DNA of 64,000 nucleotides, taken from assembly GCA_963742525.1 (NCBI GenBank), contig CAVUMD010000002.1, positions 168,025 to 232,024 on the forward strand. Reading direction: 5' to 3'. Below the pieces are notes generated by a model. The model did no database searches, was not told the DNA's origin, and saw only the letters and a program-made list of their open reading frames with translations. Positions within the stretch are counted from its first letter, which is position 1; every line of letters begins with the position of its first letter. Shown piece after piece: positions 1 through 9,973 of the stretch. Origin of the DNA: an uncultured Actinomycetes bacterium (GTDB taxonomy: Bacteria; Actinomycetota; Thermoleophilia; Gaiellales; Gaiellaceae). The translations under genes and the position numbers were made by a program.

Positions 1-802
1 GCACAACAGGGTCGATCGCGTCCTCGCCCTCGACCCGCTCCTCGAGGTTCTCGACCCCCGCCCACGCGGCGAGGCTCGGTTGCCCTGCGCGCGCGAGCCG
101 CTCGGAGAGCTCGGCCCGCAGCGCCTCGTCGACAGGGATCCAGTCCTGCCGCGGTGTCGTGCCGAAGAGCAGGTCGTGGAGCCGATGGATCCGCCGCAGC
201 TCGACGAGAGGGTCGGGGTGGTCGTCGACGCGAAGGTCGACGAGCGTGTCCGACAGGCTCGCGTAGCCGGCGTCGCGCTCGACGACGAGCAGTGCCGCCG
301 ACTGGCGGCCGCGGCTGTCGCCGCCCGCCGCCTCCGCCGCGTCGAGGCAGTCGAGGAGCCGCTCCACGAGGGGGCGGCCGCCGGTTGCCTCGAAGGTCTC
401 GGCGAGCGCGTCGACGGTGGCGCCGGAGACGAGGATGTTTCCCTGCGCTGCGTAGCCCGAGCCCGTCCGGCCGCCCGCCCACGCGTGGCATTCGTCGCCG
501 GTGAACGTCGCCGCGCGACCCTCGCCGTCGACGACGCCGAGCTGGCGCTGCGCGCGGTCGCCGTCCGCGGCGGTGAGCCGCTCGACCACCTCCTCGGCGG
601 AGAGCCCTTCGCGCAGCAGCTCGAGCCCCTCCGGCCCGTAACGGGGGTTGGCGTACGACTGCGTGGCGATCGCGCCGACGTGGGGCGCCGCCCAGGGCAC
701 GACCGACCCGACGGCGAGGAACTTCGACTGTGTCGCGACGCCCCACTGCCCGGCGTCGAGGTCGCAGGCGCAGATCGAGTAGGTGGCGATCGTCTCAGCC
801 AT
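1..802 (-). CDS. DUF1028-family (Ntn-hydrolase-like) protein; C-terminal end runs off the window
   Basis: Not in the ORF track because no stop lies inside the window. My own translation of the minus strand from ATG 802 gives MAETIATYSICACDLDAGQWGVATQSKFLAVGSVVPWAAPHVGAIATQSYANPRYGPEG... Codons are strongly GC3-biased. The start overlaps the stop of the upstream small ORF (ATGGCTGA). Confidence 0.6.
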   Translation of the reverse strand, partial: MAETIATYSICACDLDAGQWGVATQSKFLAVGSVVPWAAPHVGAIATQSYANPRYGPEGLELLREGLSAEEVVERLTAADGDRAQRQLGVVDGEGRAATFTGDECHAWAGGRTGSGYAAQGNILVSGATVDALAETFEATGGRPLVERLLDCLDAAEAAGGDSRGRQSAALLVVERDAGYASLSDTLVDLRVDDHPDPLVELRRIHRLHDLLFGTTPRQDWIPVDEALRAELSERLARAGQPSLAAWAGVENLEERVEGEDAIDPVV

Positions 803-1064
803 ACGTGAGCTCGGGCAGGTCGAGGTCGAGCAGCGCCGGGTCGGAGACCAGGACGCACGCGACCTCCGGTCGCGCGAGGGCGCGCGCGACCCCCGCCGCG
901 TCGCCCGCCCGGACGACGACGGGCACCCCGTCGGTGTGCGCGGAGCGGAGCGCATCCCCGTCGTCGACGCCGTCGAGGAGAAGCGCGCCCTCGACGTCGA
1001 CCGATCCCTCCAGCGCGATTGCCGGGACGCGGCGGCCCGTCGCGCCGAACCAGCGCTCGCGCAT
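795..1064 (-). CDS. hypothetical small protein (89 aa)
   Basis: C-terminal part of track ORF 795..1565 (MRERWFGATGRRVPAIALEGSVDVEG...). ATG at 1064 overlaps the stop of the upstream hydrolase (ATGA). GC3-rich. No family recognised. Confidence 0.45.
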   Translation of the reverse strand: MRERWFGATGRRVPAIALEGSVDVEGALLLDGVDDGDALRSAHTDGVPVVVRAGDAAGVARALARPEVACVLVSDPALLDLDLPELTYG

Positions 1065-1771
1065 CACAGGGTCAGCGTCTCGCCCGGGGCCGGGGCGAGC
1101 AGCTCGACGCCCGCCGGGAGAAGCGGGCGAAGGGCGTCCGGTGTGCCGGTCAGCAGCGGGAACGTCCCGTAGTGGGACGGGACGACGCGGCTCGCGCCGA
1201 CGAGCTCGGCGGCGACGGCCGCCTCCTCGGGCCCCATCGTGAAGTGGTCCCCGATCGGCAGCACGGCGACGTCGGGCGCGTAGAGGCGCTTGATCAGCGC
1301 CATGTCGCCGAACACGTTCGTGTCGCCCGCGATGTAGACCGTCGGCGCGCCTTCCCGACGGATGACGACGCCCGTCGGCTCCCCGGTGTAGAGGATTGCG
1401 CCGTCGTGCCACGTGCTGGAGGAGTGATTGGCGTCGGTGAGCGTCAGCCGGACGCCCGCGAACGAGACGGTGCCGCCCTTGTTCGGTGACTGCCCGTTGT
1501 CCTCGGGAAGGCCCTCGCTCGTGGAGAGCCAGTCGCGCAGCTCGACCGGCGCCACGACGGGGCACTCGAAGCGCTTCGCGATGGCGACGGCGTCGCCGAC
1601 GTGGTCGCCGTGTCCGTGGGTGACGACGACGAGGTCACAGCGCTCGGGCTCCCGCTCCGCGTCCGGGCACTTCGGGTTCCCGTGCAGGAACGGGTCGACG
1701 TAGAGGCGCGTGCCGGCCTCCGTGTCCATCCTGAACGCCGCGTGACCGAGCCAGGTCAGTGTGGTAGCCAT
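1064..1771 (-). CDS. MBL-fold metal-dependent hydrolase (UPF0173-like)
   Basis: 235-aa ORF with the beta-lactamase-fold metal motif VVVTHGHGDHVGD. N-terminus LTWLGHAAF is typical of this family. Confidence 0.85.
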   Translation of the reverse strand: MATTLTWLGHAAFRMDTEAGTRLYVDPFLHGNPKCPDAEREPERCDLVVVTHGHGDHVGDAVAIAKRFECPVVAPVELRDWLSTSEGLPEDNGQSPNKGGTVSFAGVRLTLTDANHSSSTWHDGAILYTGEPTGVVIRREGAPTVYIAGDTNVFGDMALIKRLYAPDVAVLPIGDHFTMGPEEAAVAAELVGASRVVPSHYGTFPLLTGTPDALRPLLPAGVELLAPAPGETLTL

Positions 1772-1858
1772 TGGCCGAGCCTAGCGCGTCGAAAGCAGGG
1801 TCCCGAGGACAGCAAGAACGATCAAGCGCCGGTCGCCGGTGGCGGGCAGGCTGGCGAC

Positions 1859-2779
1859 ATGGCACTCCAGCTGATGGACACGTTCGCGACATTCGTCGAT
1901 TCGCTTGCGGAGTCCCTCGACGACCACGACGTGGGAGGCGAGGACATCGCCGCACGCGCCCATCTGTCCCGTTTCCACTTCGACCGGGTCGTCACCGGCA
2001 CCGCCGGCGAGACGCCGGCGAGGTTGCGCCGGCGGGTGCTGCTCGAGCGGGCCGCGTTTCGCCTCGTCACGAGCGACGCGACCGTGCTCGAGATCGCGCT
2101 CGAGGCGGGCTACGGCTCGAACGAGGCGTTCACCCGCGCATTTCGCCGTGCGTACGGCGCCGCACCCGCCGCCTGGCGGACCGCTCCCGGCCAGATCCGG
2201 CTCGAGAGCCGGAACGGCGTCCACTTCCACCCACCGGGCGGCCTCCGGCTGCCCCCGAGAGACGAGGTGAGCTCGATGGACCTGATGACGAAGATGGTGG
2301 AGCACCATGTGTGGCTCGTCGGCGAGATCGTCGAACGCGCTGCGGCCCTTCCCGAGGAGAAGCTCGACGCGCCGATCGAGGTGTCGGTCGAGGGCGTCGA
2401 CGACGATCCCACGCTGCGCTCGCTCCTCTCGCGGCTCGTCGGCCAGATGGACATGTGGAACGCGGCGCTCGAGAGCCGCGCCTACGACTTCGGCGTCGAG
2501 CGGGACGAGAGCATCGCGTCGATCCGCGCACGTCTGGGTACAGCCGGCCCGGCGTTCGTGGGGCATGCCCGGGAGGTGATCGGCGCGAACCGGCTCGACG
2601 AGACGTTCGTCGACGCGGTCTGCGAGCCACCGGAGGTCTTCACCTACGGCGGCATGCTCGCGCACGTCCTCACGTTTGCCGCCCACCGTCGCACCCTCGC
2701 GATCGGTGCGCTCCACTCGGCGGGGATCACCGACCTCGGCGCCGGCGACCCGATGCGCTGGGTGGCCGAGGCGGCGTAG
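1859..2779 (+). CDS. AraC-family HTH regulator with DinB-like C-terminal domain
   Basis: Within ORF 1601..2779, start taken at ATG 1859 (MALQLMD...). The N-terminal AraC HTH reads IAARAHLSRFHFDRVV...GYGSNEAFTRAFRRAYG. The C-terminal ~190 aa is helical and DinB/YfiT-like. Confidence 0.7.
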   Translation: MALQLMDTFATFVDSLAESLDDHDVGGEDIAARAHLSRFHFDRVVTGTAGETPARLRRRVLLERAAFRLVTSDATVLEIALEAGYGSNEAFTRAFRRAYGAAPAAWRTAPGQIRLESRNGVHFHPPGGLRLPPRDEVSSMDLMTKMVEHHVWLVGEIVERAAALPEEKLDAPIEVSVEGVDDDPTLRSLLSRLVGQMDMWNAALESRAYDFGVERDESIASIRARLGTAGPAFVGHAREVIGANRLDETFVDAVCEPPEVFTYGGMLAHVLTFAAHRRTLAIGALHSAGITDLGAGDPMRWVAEAA

Positions 2780-2797
2780 CCGGCGGCGACGGAGAGC

Positions 2798-4270
2798 CTA
2801 GAACGGCAGCGAGGCGGCGGCGTCGCTCGCGAGGTCGACGAGCGGCTGCACGAAGAAGAACGAGCCGATCGTGACCGCGAGCGCCGCGCCCAGGGTGACG
2901 TCGAGCAGGAGGTCGCGCGGCGGGGAGCCGCCTGCGGCGAGCACGACCCCCGCTGCCGGAGCCTCGCCCGAGCGCATGTAGAGCGACCGCACGACGTTCA
3001 GGTAGTACGCGAGCGAGAGCGCGGTCGCGAGCACGCCGATCACGACGAGCCACCACCAGCCGGCCTCGTAGATCGCGGAGAAGACGAACAGCTTGCCGAG
3101 GAAGCCGCCGGTCAGCGGGAATCCTGCCATCGAGAGCATGAACCACCACATGCAGACGCCGATGAACGGCCGCTCCCAGCCGAGCCCGGCGAGGTTGCCG
3201 AGCGTCACCGGGCGGCGCAGCTCGCGCTCCCGCGCGGCGACGACGGAGAACGCGCCGACGCTCGCCGCGGAGTACGGGATGAGGTAGTAGAGGAGCGCCT
3301 CGGCGCCGGCAGTCGAGTTCGCGGCGATCGCGATCAGCAGGAAGCCGGCTTGCGAGACGGACGAGTACGCGAGCAGTCGCTTCACGTCCCGCTGTGCGAT
3401 CGCCGCGAAGTTGCCGATCGCGAGCGAGCAGACGGCGAGCACCGCGACCGCCACCGACCAGATCTCGGCCTGCTCCGGGAACGCGGTGACGAGGATCCGG
3501 AGCATGAGCACGAGGCCGGCGACCTTCGTCGCAGCGGACATGAAGGCCGTCACGGTCGTCGGCGCGCCCTGGTAGACGTCCGGCGTCCACATGTGGAACG
3601 GCGCCGCGGAGACCTTGAACGCGAGCCCGGCGAGGATCATCGCCATGCCGGTCACGAAGAGCGGGTCGTCGGCTCCGGTCGCCTCGCGGATCGCGGAGAA
3701 CCCGAGCTCGCCGGTCGCACCGTAGACGAGCGCACAGCCGAACAGCAGGATCCCCGAGCCGAAGCTCCCGACGATCAGGTACTTGAGCCCCGCCTCGAGG
3801 GACGCGCGCCGGTGCGTGTCGAGCGCGCAGAGCACGTAGAGCGCGATCGAGAACCACTCGAGCGCCAGGAACATCGTCATGAGGTTCGCGGCGGAGACGA
3901 AGAAGACCATCCCCGCGGCCGCCGCGGCGAGGAGCGCGTAGTACTCCCCGACGTGCGAGCGGCGCCCGTCGCCTGCCGAGAGGAGCACGACCGCGAGCCC
4001 GACGAGCGCGATGAGGATCGCCGCGAGCGCGCCGAGCCGGTCACGTGTCATCGACTCGACCACCACCGCCGTCGGCTCGGGCGAGCGGTCGAAGACCCAG
4101 CCGGCCAGCACCGCCGACGCCCCGAAGCCCGCGACGGAGACGGCAATCGAGAAGGCCCGCTCGCTCGCCCTCGGCACGAGCACCGCGCCGAGGAGCGTGA
4201 GCCCGGCGACGGCGAGCAGCGCCAGCGTGGGGGAGAGCGCGAGCCAGTCGACGGACGGCGTGTCGATCAC
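2798..4270 (-). CDS. nuoN: NADH-quinone oxidoreductase subunit N
   Basis: 490-aa polytopic antiporter-like protein, last gene of the nuo operon. GTG start overlaps the nuoM stop (GTGA). Confidence 0.9.
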   Translation of the reverse strand: MIDTPSVDWLALSPTLALLAVAGLTLLGAVLVPRASERAFSIAVSVAGFGASAVLAGWVFDRSPEPTAVVVESMTRDRLGALAAILIALVGLAVVLLSAGDGRRSHVGEYYALLAAAAAGMVFFVSAANLMTMFLALEWFSIALYVLCALDTHRRASLEAGLKYLIVGSFGSGILLFGCALVYGATGELGFSAIREATGADDPLFVTGMAMILAGLAFKVSAAPFHMWTPDVYQGAPTTVTAFMSAATKVAGLVLMLRILVTAFPEQAEIWSVAVAVLAVCSLAIGNFAAIAQRDVKRLLAYSSVSQAGFLLIAIAANSTAGAEALLYYLIPYSAASVGAFSVVAARERELRRPVTLGNLAGLGWERPFIGVCMWWFMLSMAGFPLTGGFLGKLFVFSAIYEAGWWWLVVIGVLATALSLAYYLNVVRSLYMRSGEAPAAGVVLAAGGSPPRDLLLDVTLGAALAVTIGSFFFVQPLVDLASDAAASLPF

Positions 4271-5718
4271 GGCGCGAGCTCCTGTTGCGAGCCGATGAAC
4301 GCGGCGGGCTGGTTCGCGGGGAACGAGCGCTCGGTGATCCCGGCCGGCCAGGCGGTCAGCACCGCGAGGATCACGACGAGCGGGACGACGAGGATCAGCT
4401 CGCCGCCGACGAGGTCGCCCGCGTCGTCGCGCACCGCGCTGCCGCGCCGCTCGTGGAGGATGGCGGAGATCAGCCGCAGCCCGTAGAGCGCGGCGAGCAC
4501 CATGGCCGTGACGCCGACCGCGGCGTACCCCCAGCCGCGGTCGAAGACACCGGCCAGGATCGAGAACTCACCCGCGAAGTTCGTCGAGCCGGGCACGGCC
4601 AGGGTGTACATCCCGAGCACCATCACGAGCGTCGCGAGGATCGGGCGGCCCTTCGCGACGCCGCCGAGCTCGGAGAAGACGCCGGTGCCGGCGCGCGTCT
4701 CGATCATCCCGGCGAGGAGGAAGAAGCCCGCCGACACGAGCCCGTGGTTGACGGAGTGGAGCACGGCGCCGTCCAGCCCGAGGTCGTTGGCCGCGAAGAT
4801 CCCGAGGACGATGAGGCCCATCTGGCCCATCGAGGAGTACGCGACGACACCGCGGATGTCGGGCTGGCGGAAGGCGAGCACCGAGCCGTAGACGAGTGTC
4901 GCGGAGGCGAGGACGAGGACGAGCGTGCGGAAGTCCTCGACCGGCTCGGGGAAGTGGGGCAGGACGATCCAGACGAGCCCGAAGACGGCGGCCTTCGAGA
5001 CGACACCGGAGAGGATCGCCGCGACCTCGGGCGGTGCCTGCGTGTACGAGAGGCGAAGCCAGCCGTGGAACGGCAGCAGCGGCGCCTTGACGGCGAACGC
5101 GGCGAGGAAGCCGAGGAAGATCCAGTCGTTCGAGCTGGTGCCGAGGTCGGCCAGCTCGAACGTCCCCTTCGAGACGCCGAGCGCGACGATCGACGCCAGC
5201 ATCAGCAGCGAGCCGACCATCGTGTAGATCACGAAGGTGACCGTCGCCTTGACCCGCTCGGTGCCGCCCCAGACGCCGACCAGCACGTAGATCGGGATCA
5301 GCATCGCCTCGAAGAAGACGTAGAACACGATCAGGTCCTGGGCCGCGAACACGCCGACGAGCGAGCCGACGAGGAAGAGGAGCAGGCCGAAGTAGGCGCG
5401 GCTTCGCTCGCGCTCGGCCCAGGCGCCGTACCCGATCGCGCACGCGCCGACGACGATCGCGAGCCCGACGAGCCAGAACTGGAAGCCGTACAGGCCGACG
5501 GAGTACGAGATCCCGAGCTGATCGAACCACTCGCGCGTCGTCGAGTACTGCGGTGCGTCGCTTCCGAAGTCGAAGTTGCGCGCGCTCCCGAGCCAGAGCC
5601 CGACCTCCGCGAGCGCGACGAGCAGCGCGAGCCCGCTCGTCGACTCGCGCGAGAGCGGCAGCACCCAGACGAGGATCGCGCCGGCGAGCGGGACGACGAT
5701 CAGCGCGGTCGTCAGCAT
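4267..5718 (-). CDS. nuoM: NADH-quinone oxidoreductase subunit M
   Basis: ORF 4267..6132 trimmed to ATG 5718 (MLTTALIVVPLAGAILV...). The upstream part of the ORF is Arg-rich non-coding-like sequence. Antiporter-like membrane subunit in the L-M-N order. Confidence 0.9.
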   Translation of the reverse strand: MLTTALIVVPLAGAILVWVLPLSRESTSGLALLVALAEVGLWLGSARNFDFGSDAPQYSTTREWFDQLGISYSVGLYGFQFWLVGLAIVVGACAIGYGAWAERERSRAYFGLLLFLVGSLVGVFAAQDLIVFYVFFEAMLIPIYVLVGVWGGTERVKATVTFVIYTMVGSLLMLASIVALGVSKGTFELADLGTSSNDWIFLGFLAAFAVKAPLLPFHGWLRLSYTQAPPEVAAILSGVVSKAAVFGLVWIVLPHFPEPVEDFRTLVLVLASATLVYGSVLAFRQPDIRGVVAYSSMGQMGLIVLGIFAANDLGLDGAVLHSVNHGLVSAGFFLLAGMIETRAGTGVFSELGGVAKGRPILATLVMVLGMYTLAVPGSTNFAGEFSILAGVFDRGWGYAAVGVTAMVLAALYGLRLISAILHERRGSAVRDDAGDLVGGELILVVPLVVILAVLTAWPAGITERSFPANQPAAFIGSQQELAP

Positions 5719-7610
5719 CAGCGGACCACCAGGAAGACGAGCGTCAGGATCGCGACGGCGACGGTGAAGGCGAGCGCGTACGTTCGCAGCAGGCCGCTCT
5801 GGACGCTCGCGGTCGCCGCCGCGCCGCGAATCGCACCGTCGGCCACCTCGTCGAGGCCACCCTGGACGACCGGCACCTCGACGCGGTCGCGCAGGCGCAT
5901 CGCGACCAGCTGCGCCGGGCGCGAGACGGCGACGTCGTAGAGCTCGTCGAACCAGAGCTTGTGCTCGAGCGCGGTGCGCGCGAAGCCGTCGTGTACCAGC
6001 TCGCGCCGCGCCTGGAACGCGCGCCAGGCGACGAAGATCCCGAGGGACGCGAGCGCGACCGAGATGAGGCTGCTGAACCAGTCCTGCGCCGCCGTTGCCT
6101 GGACGAGCGGCGGGACGACGGGCTCGAGCCATTTCTCGAACGGCTCCCAGACGCCGGGGATCGCGAGGAAGCCGACGAACGTCGCGCCGAGTGCGAGGAT
6201 GCCCACGGGAAGGAGCATCGACCGCGCACCCTCGTCCGAGTGCTCACCGTGCGTTTGCGCCGTGACGAGGTCGCTCGGCTCGCCGTGGAAGACACGGAAG
6301 TAGAGGCGGAAGGTGTAGAGGCCGGTGAGCAGCGCCCCGAGCAGCGCGCCGATGTACAGGATCCATCCGAGCACGCCGCCGTAGGCGAGCGTGGAGCTGA
6401 TGATCGCGTCCTTCGACCAGAAGCCGGCGAAGAACGGGATGCCTGCGAGCGAGAGCGAGCCGATCAGGAACGTCCAGCGCGTGTACGGCATCGACTTCGC
6501 GAGACCGCCCATCTTGCGGATGTCCTGCTCGCCGTCCAGGTGGTGGATCACGAGCCCGGCGGCGAGGAAGAGGAGGGCCTTGAAGAACGCGTGCGTGACG
6601 AGGTGGAACATCGCGAACGGGTACGCGCCGATGCCCGCTCCGACGAACATGTAGCCGATCTGGCTCATCGTCGAGTACGCGATCACGCGCTTGATGTCCC
6701 ACTGGACGAGAGCGATCCCGCCGGCGACGAGGAGGGTGATCAGCCCGAGCACGGCCGCGAGGTGCTGGATGTCGGGCGCGGCCTGGAAGATGAGGTGCGT
6801 GCGGCAGATCAGGTAGACGCCCGCCGTGACCATCGTCGCCGCGTGGATCAGGGCGGAGACGGGTGTCGGGCCCTCCATCGCGTCCGGCAGCCACGTGTGC
6901 AGCGGGATCTGCGCCGACTTGGCGACAGCGCCCGCCAGCAGGCCAAGGGCGAGCAGCGTCACCACCGTGTCCGAGAGCTCTCCGCTCTGCGCCGCGTCGA
7001 AGACGGTCGAGTAGTCGAGGCTCCCGACCTTGGCGATCGCCAGGAAGAGGGCGAGCGCCATCGCCGCGTCGCCGATCGTGTTGATCACGAACGCCTTCTT
7101 CGCGGCGTCGATCGCGCTCGAGCGGTCGTGGTAGAAGCCGATCAGGAGGTACGAGGCGAGGCCGACGAGCCCCCAGCCGACGAGCAGCAGCAGCAGGTTG
7201 CCGCCCATCACCAGCATCAGCATCGAGAAGACGAAGAGCGACATGTAGGCGAAGTAGCGCCGCTCCTCGTCCTCGCCCTCCATGTAGCCGTTCGAGTAGA
7301 GGACGATCAGGCCGCCGATCCCGGTGACGACGAGCATCATCGTGATCGAGAGCGGGTCGACGAGCAGGTCGATGCTCACCTTGAAGTCGCCGGCCGCGAG
7401 CCACGTCCACGCCGTCGTCGTCACCGCGCGGTCCTCCGGGTCGCGGCTCAGCGCATCGATGAACGCGACGACCGCACCCGCGAAGCCGACGAACACCGAG
7501 ACCGTCGAGAGGATGCCCGCCTGCCGGCGCGTGATCCGGTTGCCCGCGAGCGTGATCGCGAGGAAGCCGGCGAGCGGTGCGAGCAGGCAGACCCAGGCGC
7601 CGTTGACCAC
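5718..7610 (-). CDS. nuoL: NADH-quinone oxidoreductase subunit L
   Basis: ORF 5718..7928 trimmed to GTG 7610 (VVNGAWVCLLAPLAGF...), which overlaps the nuoK stop by 1 nt. About 630 aa, antiporter-like with a long C-terminal extension. Confidence 0.88.
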   Translation of the reverse strand: MVNGAWVCLLAPLAGFLAITLAGNRITRRQAGILSTVSVFVGFAGAVVAFIDALSRDPEDRAVTTTAWTWLAAGDFKVSIDLLVDPLSITMMLVVTGIGGLIVLYSNGYMEGEDEERRYFAYMSLFVFSMLMLVMGGNLLLLLVGWGLVGLASYLLIGFYHDRSSAIDAAKKAFVINTIGDAAMALALFLAIAKVGSLDYSTVFDAAQSGELSDTVVTLLALGLLAGAVAKSAQIPLHTWLPDAMEGPTPVSALIHAATMVTAGVYLICRTHLIFQAAPDIQHLAAVLGLITLLVAGGIALVQWDIKRVIAYSTMSQIGYMFVGAGIGAYPFAMFHLVTHAFFKALLFLAAGLVIHHLDGEQDIRKMGGLAKSMPYTRWTFLIGSLSLAGIPFFAGFWSKDAIISSTLAYGGVLGWILYIGALLGALLTGLYTFRLYFRVFHGEPSDLVTAQTHGEHSDEGARSMLLPVGILALGATFVGFLAIPGVWEPFEKWLEPVVPPLVQATAAQDWFSSLISVALASLGIFVAWRAFQARRELVHDGFARTALEHKLWFDELYDVAVSRPAQLVAMRLRDRVEVPVVQGGLDEVADGAIRGAAATASVQSGLLRTYALAFTVAVAILTLVFLVVR

Positions 7611-7915
7611 TAGCCCCGAAGCTCCGTCAGCGTGTCGACGTCGAGCGCGAGGCGGCGGCGCGCCATCGCGACGATCAACCCGAGACCGACGCAGACCTCG
7701 GCGGCGGCGACGGCCATCACCGCCAGGGCGAAGATCTGGCCGTCCATCTCGCCGAAGAGCCGTGAGAAGCCCACGAACGAGAGGTTCGCGGCGTTGAGCA
7801 TGATCTCGAGCGAGAGCAGCACGATCAGCGGGCTGCGGCGGAGGAGCACGCCCGCGACGCCGATCGAGAAGAGGATCGACGAGATCGCGAGGTACCACGG
7901 GATGCCCGGCCCCAT
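7610..7915 (-). CDS. nuoK: NADH-quinone oxidoreductase subunit K
   Basis: 101 aa with 3 TM segments (MGPGIPWYLAISSILFSIGVAGVLLRRSPL...). Start abuts the nuoJ stop. Confidence 0.9.
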   Translation of the reverse strand: MGPGIPWYLAISSILFSIGVAGVLLRRSPLIVLLSLEIMLNAANLSFVGFSRLFGEMDGQIFALAVMAVAAAEVCVGLGLIVAMARRRLALDVDTLTELRG

Positions 7916-8454
7916 CACGAGTCGGCATCCTCCTCTTCCGCGGCCGACCGCATCCCGAGGACGACGCCGCCGACCGCAGCGATGAGCAGGACGATCGAGG
8001 TCATCTCGAACGCGAGCAGGTGATCGGTCAGGAACACGCGTCCGACCTCGGCAGGCGAGCCGAACGCGGCGCTGACCGACGCCTCGTCGGAGAGGCGGTC
8101 GCCGGCGTTGAGCATCAGCGCGACGAACACGACTGCGAGCAGCGAGGCGGCAGCGATCACGGAGGCCGTCTGGATGAGGCGCGTCCCGCCGGCCCACGGC
8201 GCGTCCGCCCGTCCGCCGAGGTAGGCGATCACGAAGAGGAACATGACCATGACGGCGCCGGCGTAGACGAGGATCTGCGCCGCGGCGACGAACTCCCCGG
8301 AGGCGAGGAGGAAGAGCACTGCGAGCGACGCGAGGTTGCCGATCAGCGAGAGAGCGGACGAGAACGGGTTCGCCGCCGTGATCACCCGGAGCCCGGTGGC
8401 GACACACGCTCCCGCGGCCAGGAGCCAGATGACCCAGACGAGGAAGTTGCCCAT
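7915..8454 (-). CDS. nuoJ: NADH-quinone oxidoreductase subunit J
   Basis: 179-aa membrane protein ([17 protein letters not shown]...) in the I-J-K order. Start abuts the nuoI stop. Confidence 0.85.
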   Translation of the reverse strand: MGNFLVWVIWLLAAGACVATGLRVITAANPFSSALSLIGNLASLAVLFLLASGEFVAAAQILVYAGAVMVMFLFVIAYLGGRADAPWAGGTRLIQTASVIAAASLLAVVFVALMLNAGDRLSDEASVSAAFGSPAEVGRVFLTDHLLAFEMTSIVLLIAAVGGVVLGMRSAAEEEDADS

Positions 8455-8945
8455 CAGGACGACGACTTGTAGGCGGGGATCGGCGTGTCGTAGAGGTCCG
8501 CGTCCTGCACCGGGATCCGCTTGATGGGCTCGGCGAGGAGCATGTCCTTCGTGTAGATCAGGTCGTCGCGCGAGTACTCGGACAGCTCGAACTCGTTGCC
8601 GAGCGTGATCGCGTCGAACGGGCAGGCGAGCTCGCAGTAGCCGCAGAAGATGCAGCGCGAGAGGTTGATCTCGTAGATGCGCGCGTACCGCTCGCCCGCG
8701 GAGACGCGGTGCTCGGGCGTGTTCTCGGCGGCGACGACGCGGATGCAGTCGGACGGGCATGCGGCCGCGCAGAGCGAGCACCCGACGCACTTCTCGAGCC
8801 CGTTCGCATGCCGGTGGAGGCGGTGGCGCCCGCGGAAGCGCGGGTAGACGGGCCGCTTGTACTCCGGGTACTGCTGCGTGATCGGCTGCTTGAAGATGTG
8901 CTTGAAGGTGACGCCGAAGCCCTTGAGTGTCCCGAACGGCTGCAT
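8454..8945 (-). CDS. nuoI: NADH-quinone oxidoreductase subunit I (2x[4Fe-4S] ferredoxin)
   Basis: 163 aa with two CxxCxxCxxxCP motifs ([24 protein letters not shown]). Confidence 0.93.
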   Translation of the reverse strand: MQPFGTLKGFGVTFKHIFKQPITQQYPEYKRPVYPRFRGRHRLHRHANGLEKCVGCSLCAAACPSDCIRVVAAENTPEHRVSAGERYARIYEINLSRCIFCGYCELACPFDAITLGNEFELSEYSRDDLIYTKDMLLAEPIKRIPVQDADLYDTPIPAYKSSS

Positions 8946-8959
8946 GTCAGCGCGTCACC

Positions 8960-9973
8960 CTAGATCCACACGACGAGGATGGCCGTCACGACCGCGTTCA
9001 CGGTCGCGAGGGGGAGCAGGACCTTCCAGCCGAAGCGCATCAGCTGGTCGTAGCGGAGCCGCGGCAGCGTCGTCCGCATCCAGATGAAGACGAAGAGGAT
9101 GACGGCGAGCTTGATCACGAACCAGACCGGGCCGGGAAGCCAGGGCCCGTGCCAGCCGCCGAGGAACAGCGTCACGGCGAGCCCGGAGAGCGTGATCAGG
9201 TTGATGTACTCCGACATCGAGTACAGCCCGAAGCGCATCCCGCCGTACTCGGTGTGATAGCCCGCGACGAGCTCCTGCTCCGCCTCGGGGAGGTCGAACG
9301 GCGCGCGTGCGGTCTCGGCCGTGCCGGCAAGGATGAAGATCGCGAAGCCGACGATCTGCGGGATCACGTACCAGATGTCCGAAGCCTGGGCCGCCACGAT
9401 GTCGACCAGCGAGAGCGACTTCGCCATGATCACGACTCCGAGCACCGAGAGCGCCAGCGACACCTCGTACGAGACGAGCTGCGCGCACGTCCGCATCGAG
9501 CCGAGCAGCGCGAACTTCGAGTCGGACGCCCAGCCTCCGATGATGAAGCCGTAGATCCCGAGCGAGCCGATCGCGAAGATCAGCAGGAGCGAGATCGGCA
9601 CGTCGGCGACGTAGCCGGTCACCTCGTATCCGCCGATCGTCCAGCCCGGGCCCCACGGGATCACCGAGAAGGTGGTCATCGCCGTGAAGGCGGCGAGGAA
9701 CGGCCCGAGGATGTAGAGCACGTCGATCGCAGCGGCCGGGAAGAAGCTCTCCTTGCGGATCAGCTTGACGAGGTCGGCGATCGGCTGCAGCGTCCCGAAC
9801 GGCCCGACGCGGTTCGGCCCGTAGCGCAGCTGCATCCGGCCCATGACCTTGCGCTCGATGAGCGTGAGGTAGGCGAAGCCGAACAGCACGAGGTTGATGA
9901 CGATCACGGCCTTGATGAGCGAGATCCACCACGGCTCGCCGCTCGAGCCGCTCCCCACGACGAGCCAGGTCAT
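8960..9973 (-). CDS. nuoH: NADH-quinone oxidoreductase subunit H
   Basis: 337-aa polytopic protein with ...LTLIERKVMGRMQLRYGPNRVGPFG... typical of NuoH/ND1. ATG overlaps the nuoG stop. Confidence 0.93.
   Translation of the reverse strand: MTWLVVGSGSSGEPWWISLIKAVIVINLVLFGFAYLTLIERKVMGRMQLRYGPNRVGPFGTLQPIADLVKLIRKESFFPAAAIDVLYILGPFLAAFTAMTTFSVIPWGPGWTIGGYEVTGYVADVPISLLLIFAIGSLGIYGFIIGGWASDSKFALLGSMRTCAQLVSYEVSLALSVLGVVIMAKSLSLVDIVAAQASDIWYVIPQIVGFAIFILAGTAETARAPFDLPEAEQELVAGYHTEYGGMRFGLYSMSEYINLITLSGLAVTLFLGGWHGPWLPGPVWFVIKLAVILFVFIWMRTTLPRLRYDQLMRFGWKVLLPLATVNAVVTAILVVWI

Noticed and set aside
80-808. Plus-strand ORFs 80..808, 154..504 and 730..1242, and many similar Arg/Pro-rich ORFs throughout the track (for example 1771..2874, 2727..3857, 5553..7613, 8927..11392, 48820..50583 and 55559..58303 upstream parts).
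   Set aside because: They overlap well-supported genes on the other strand or in another frame. They have low-complexity R/P/G/A composition and no family motifs.
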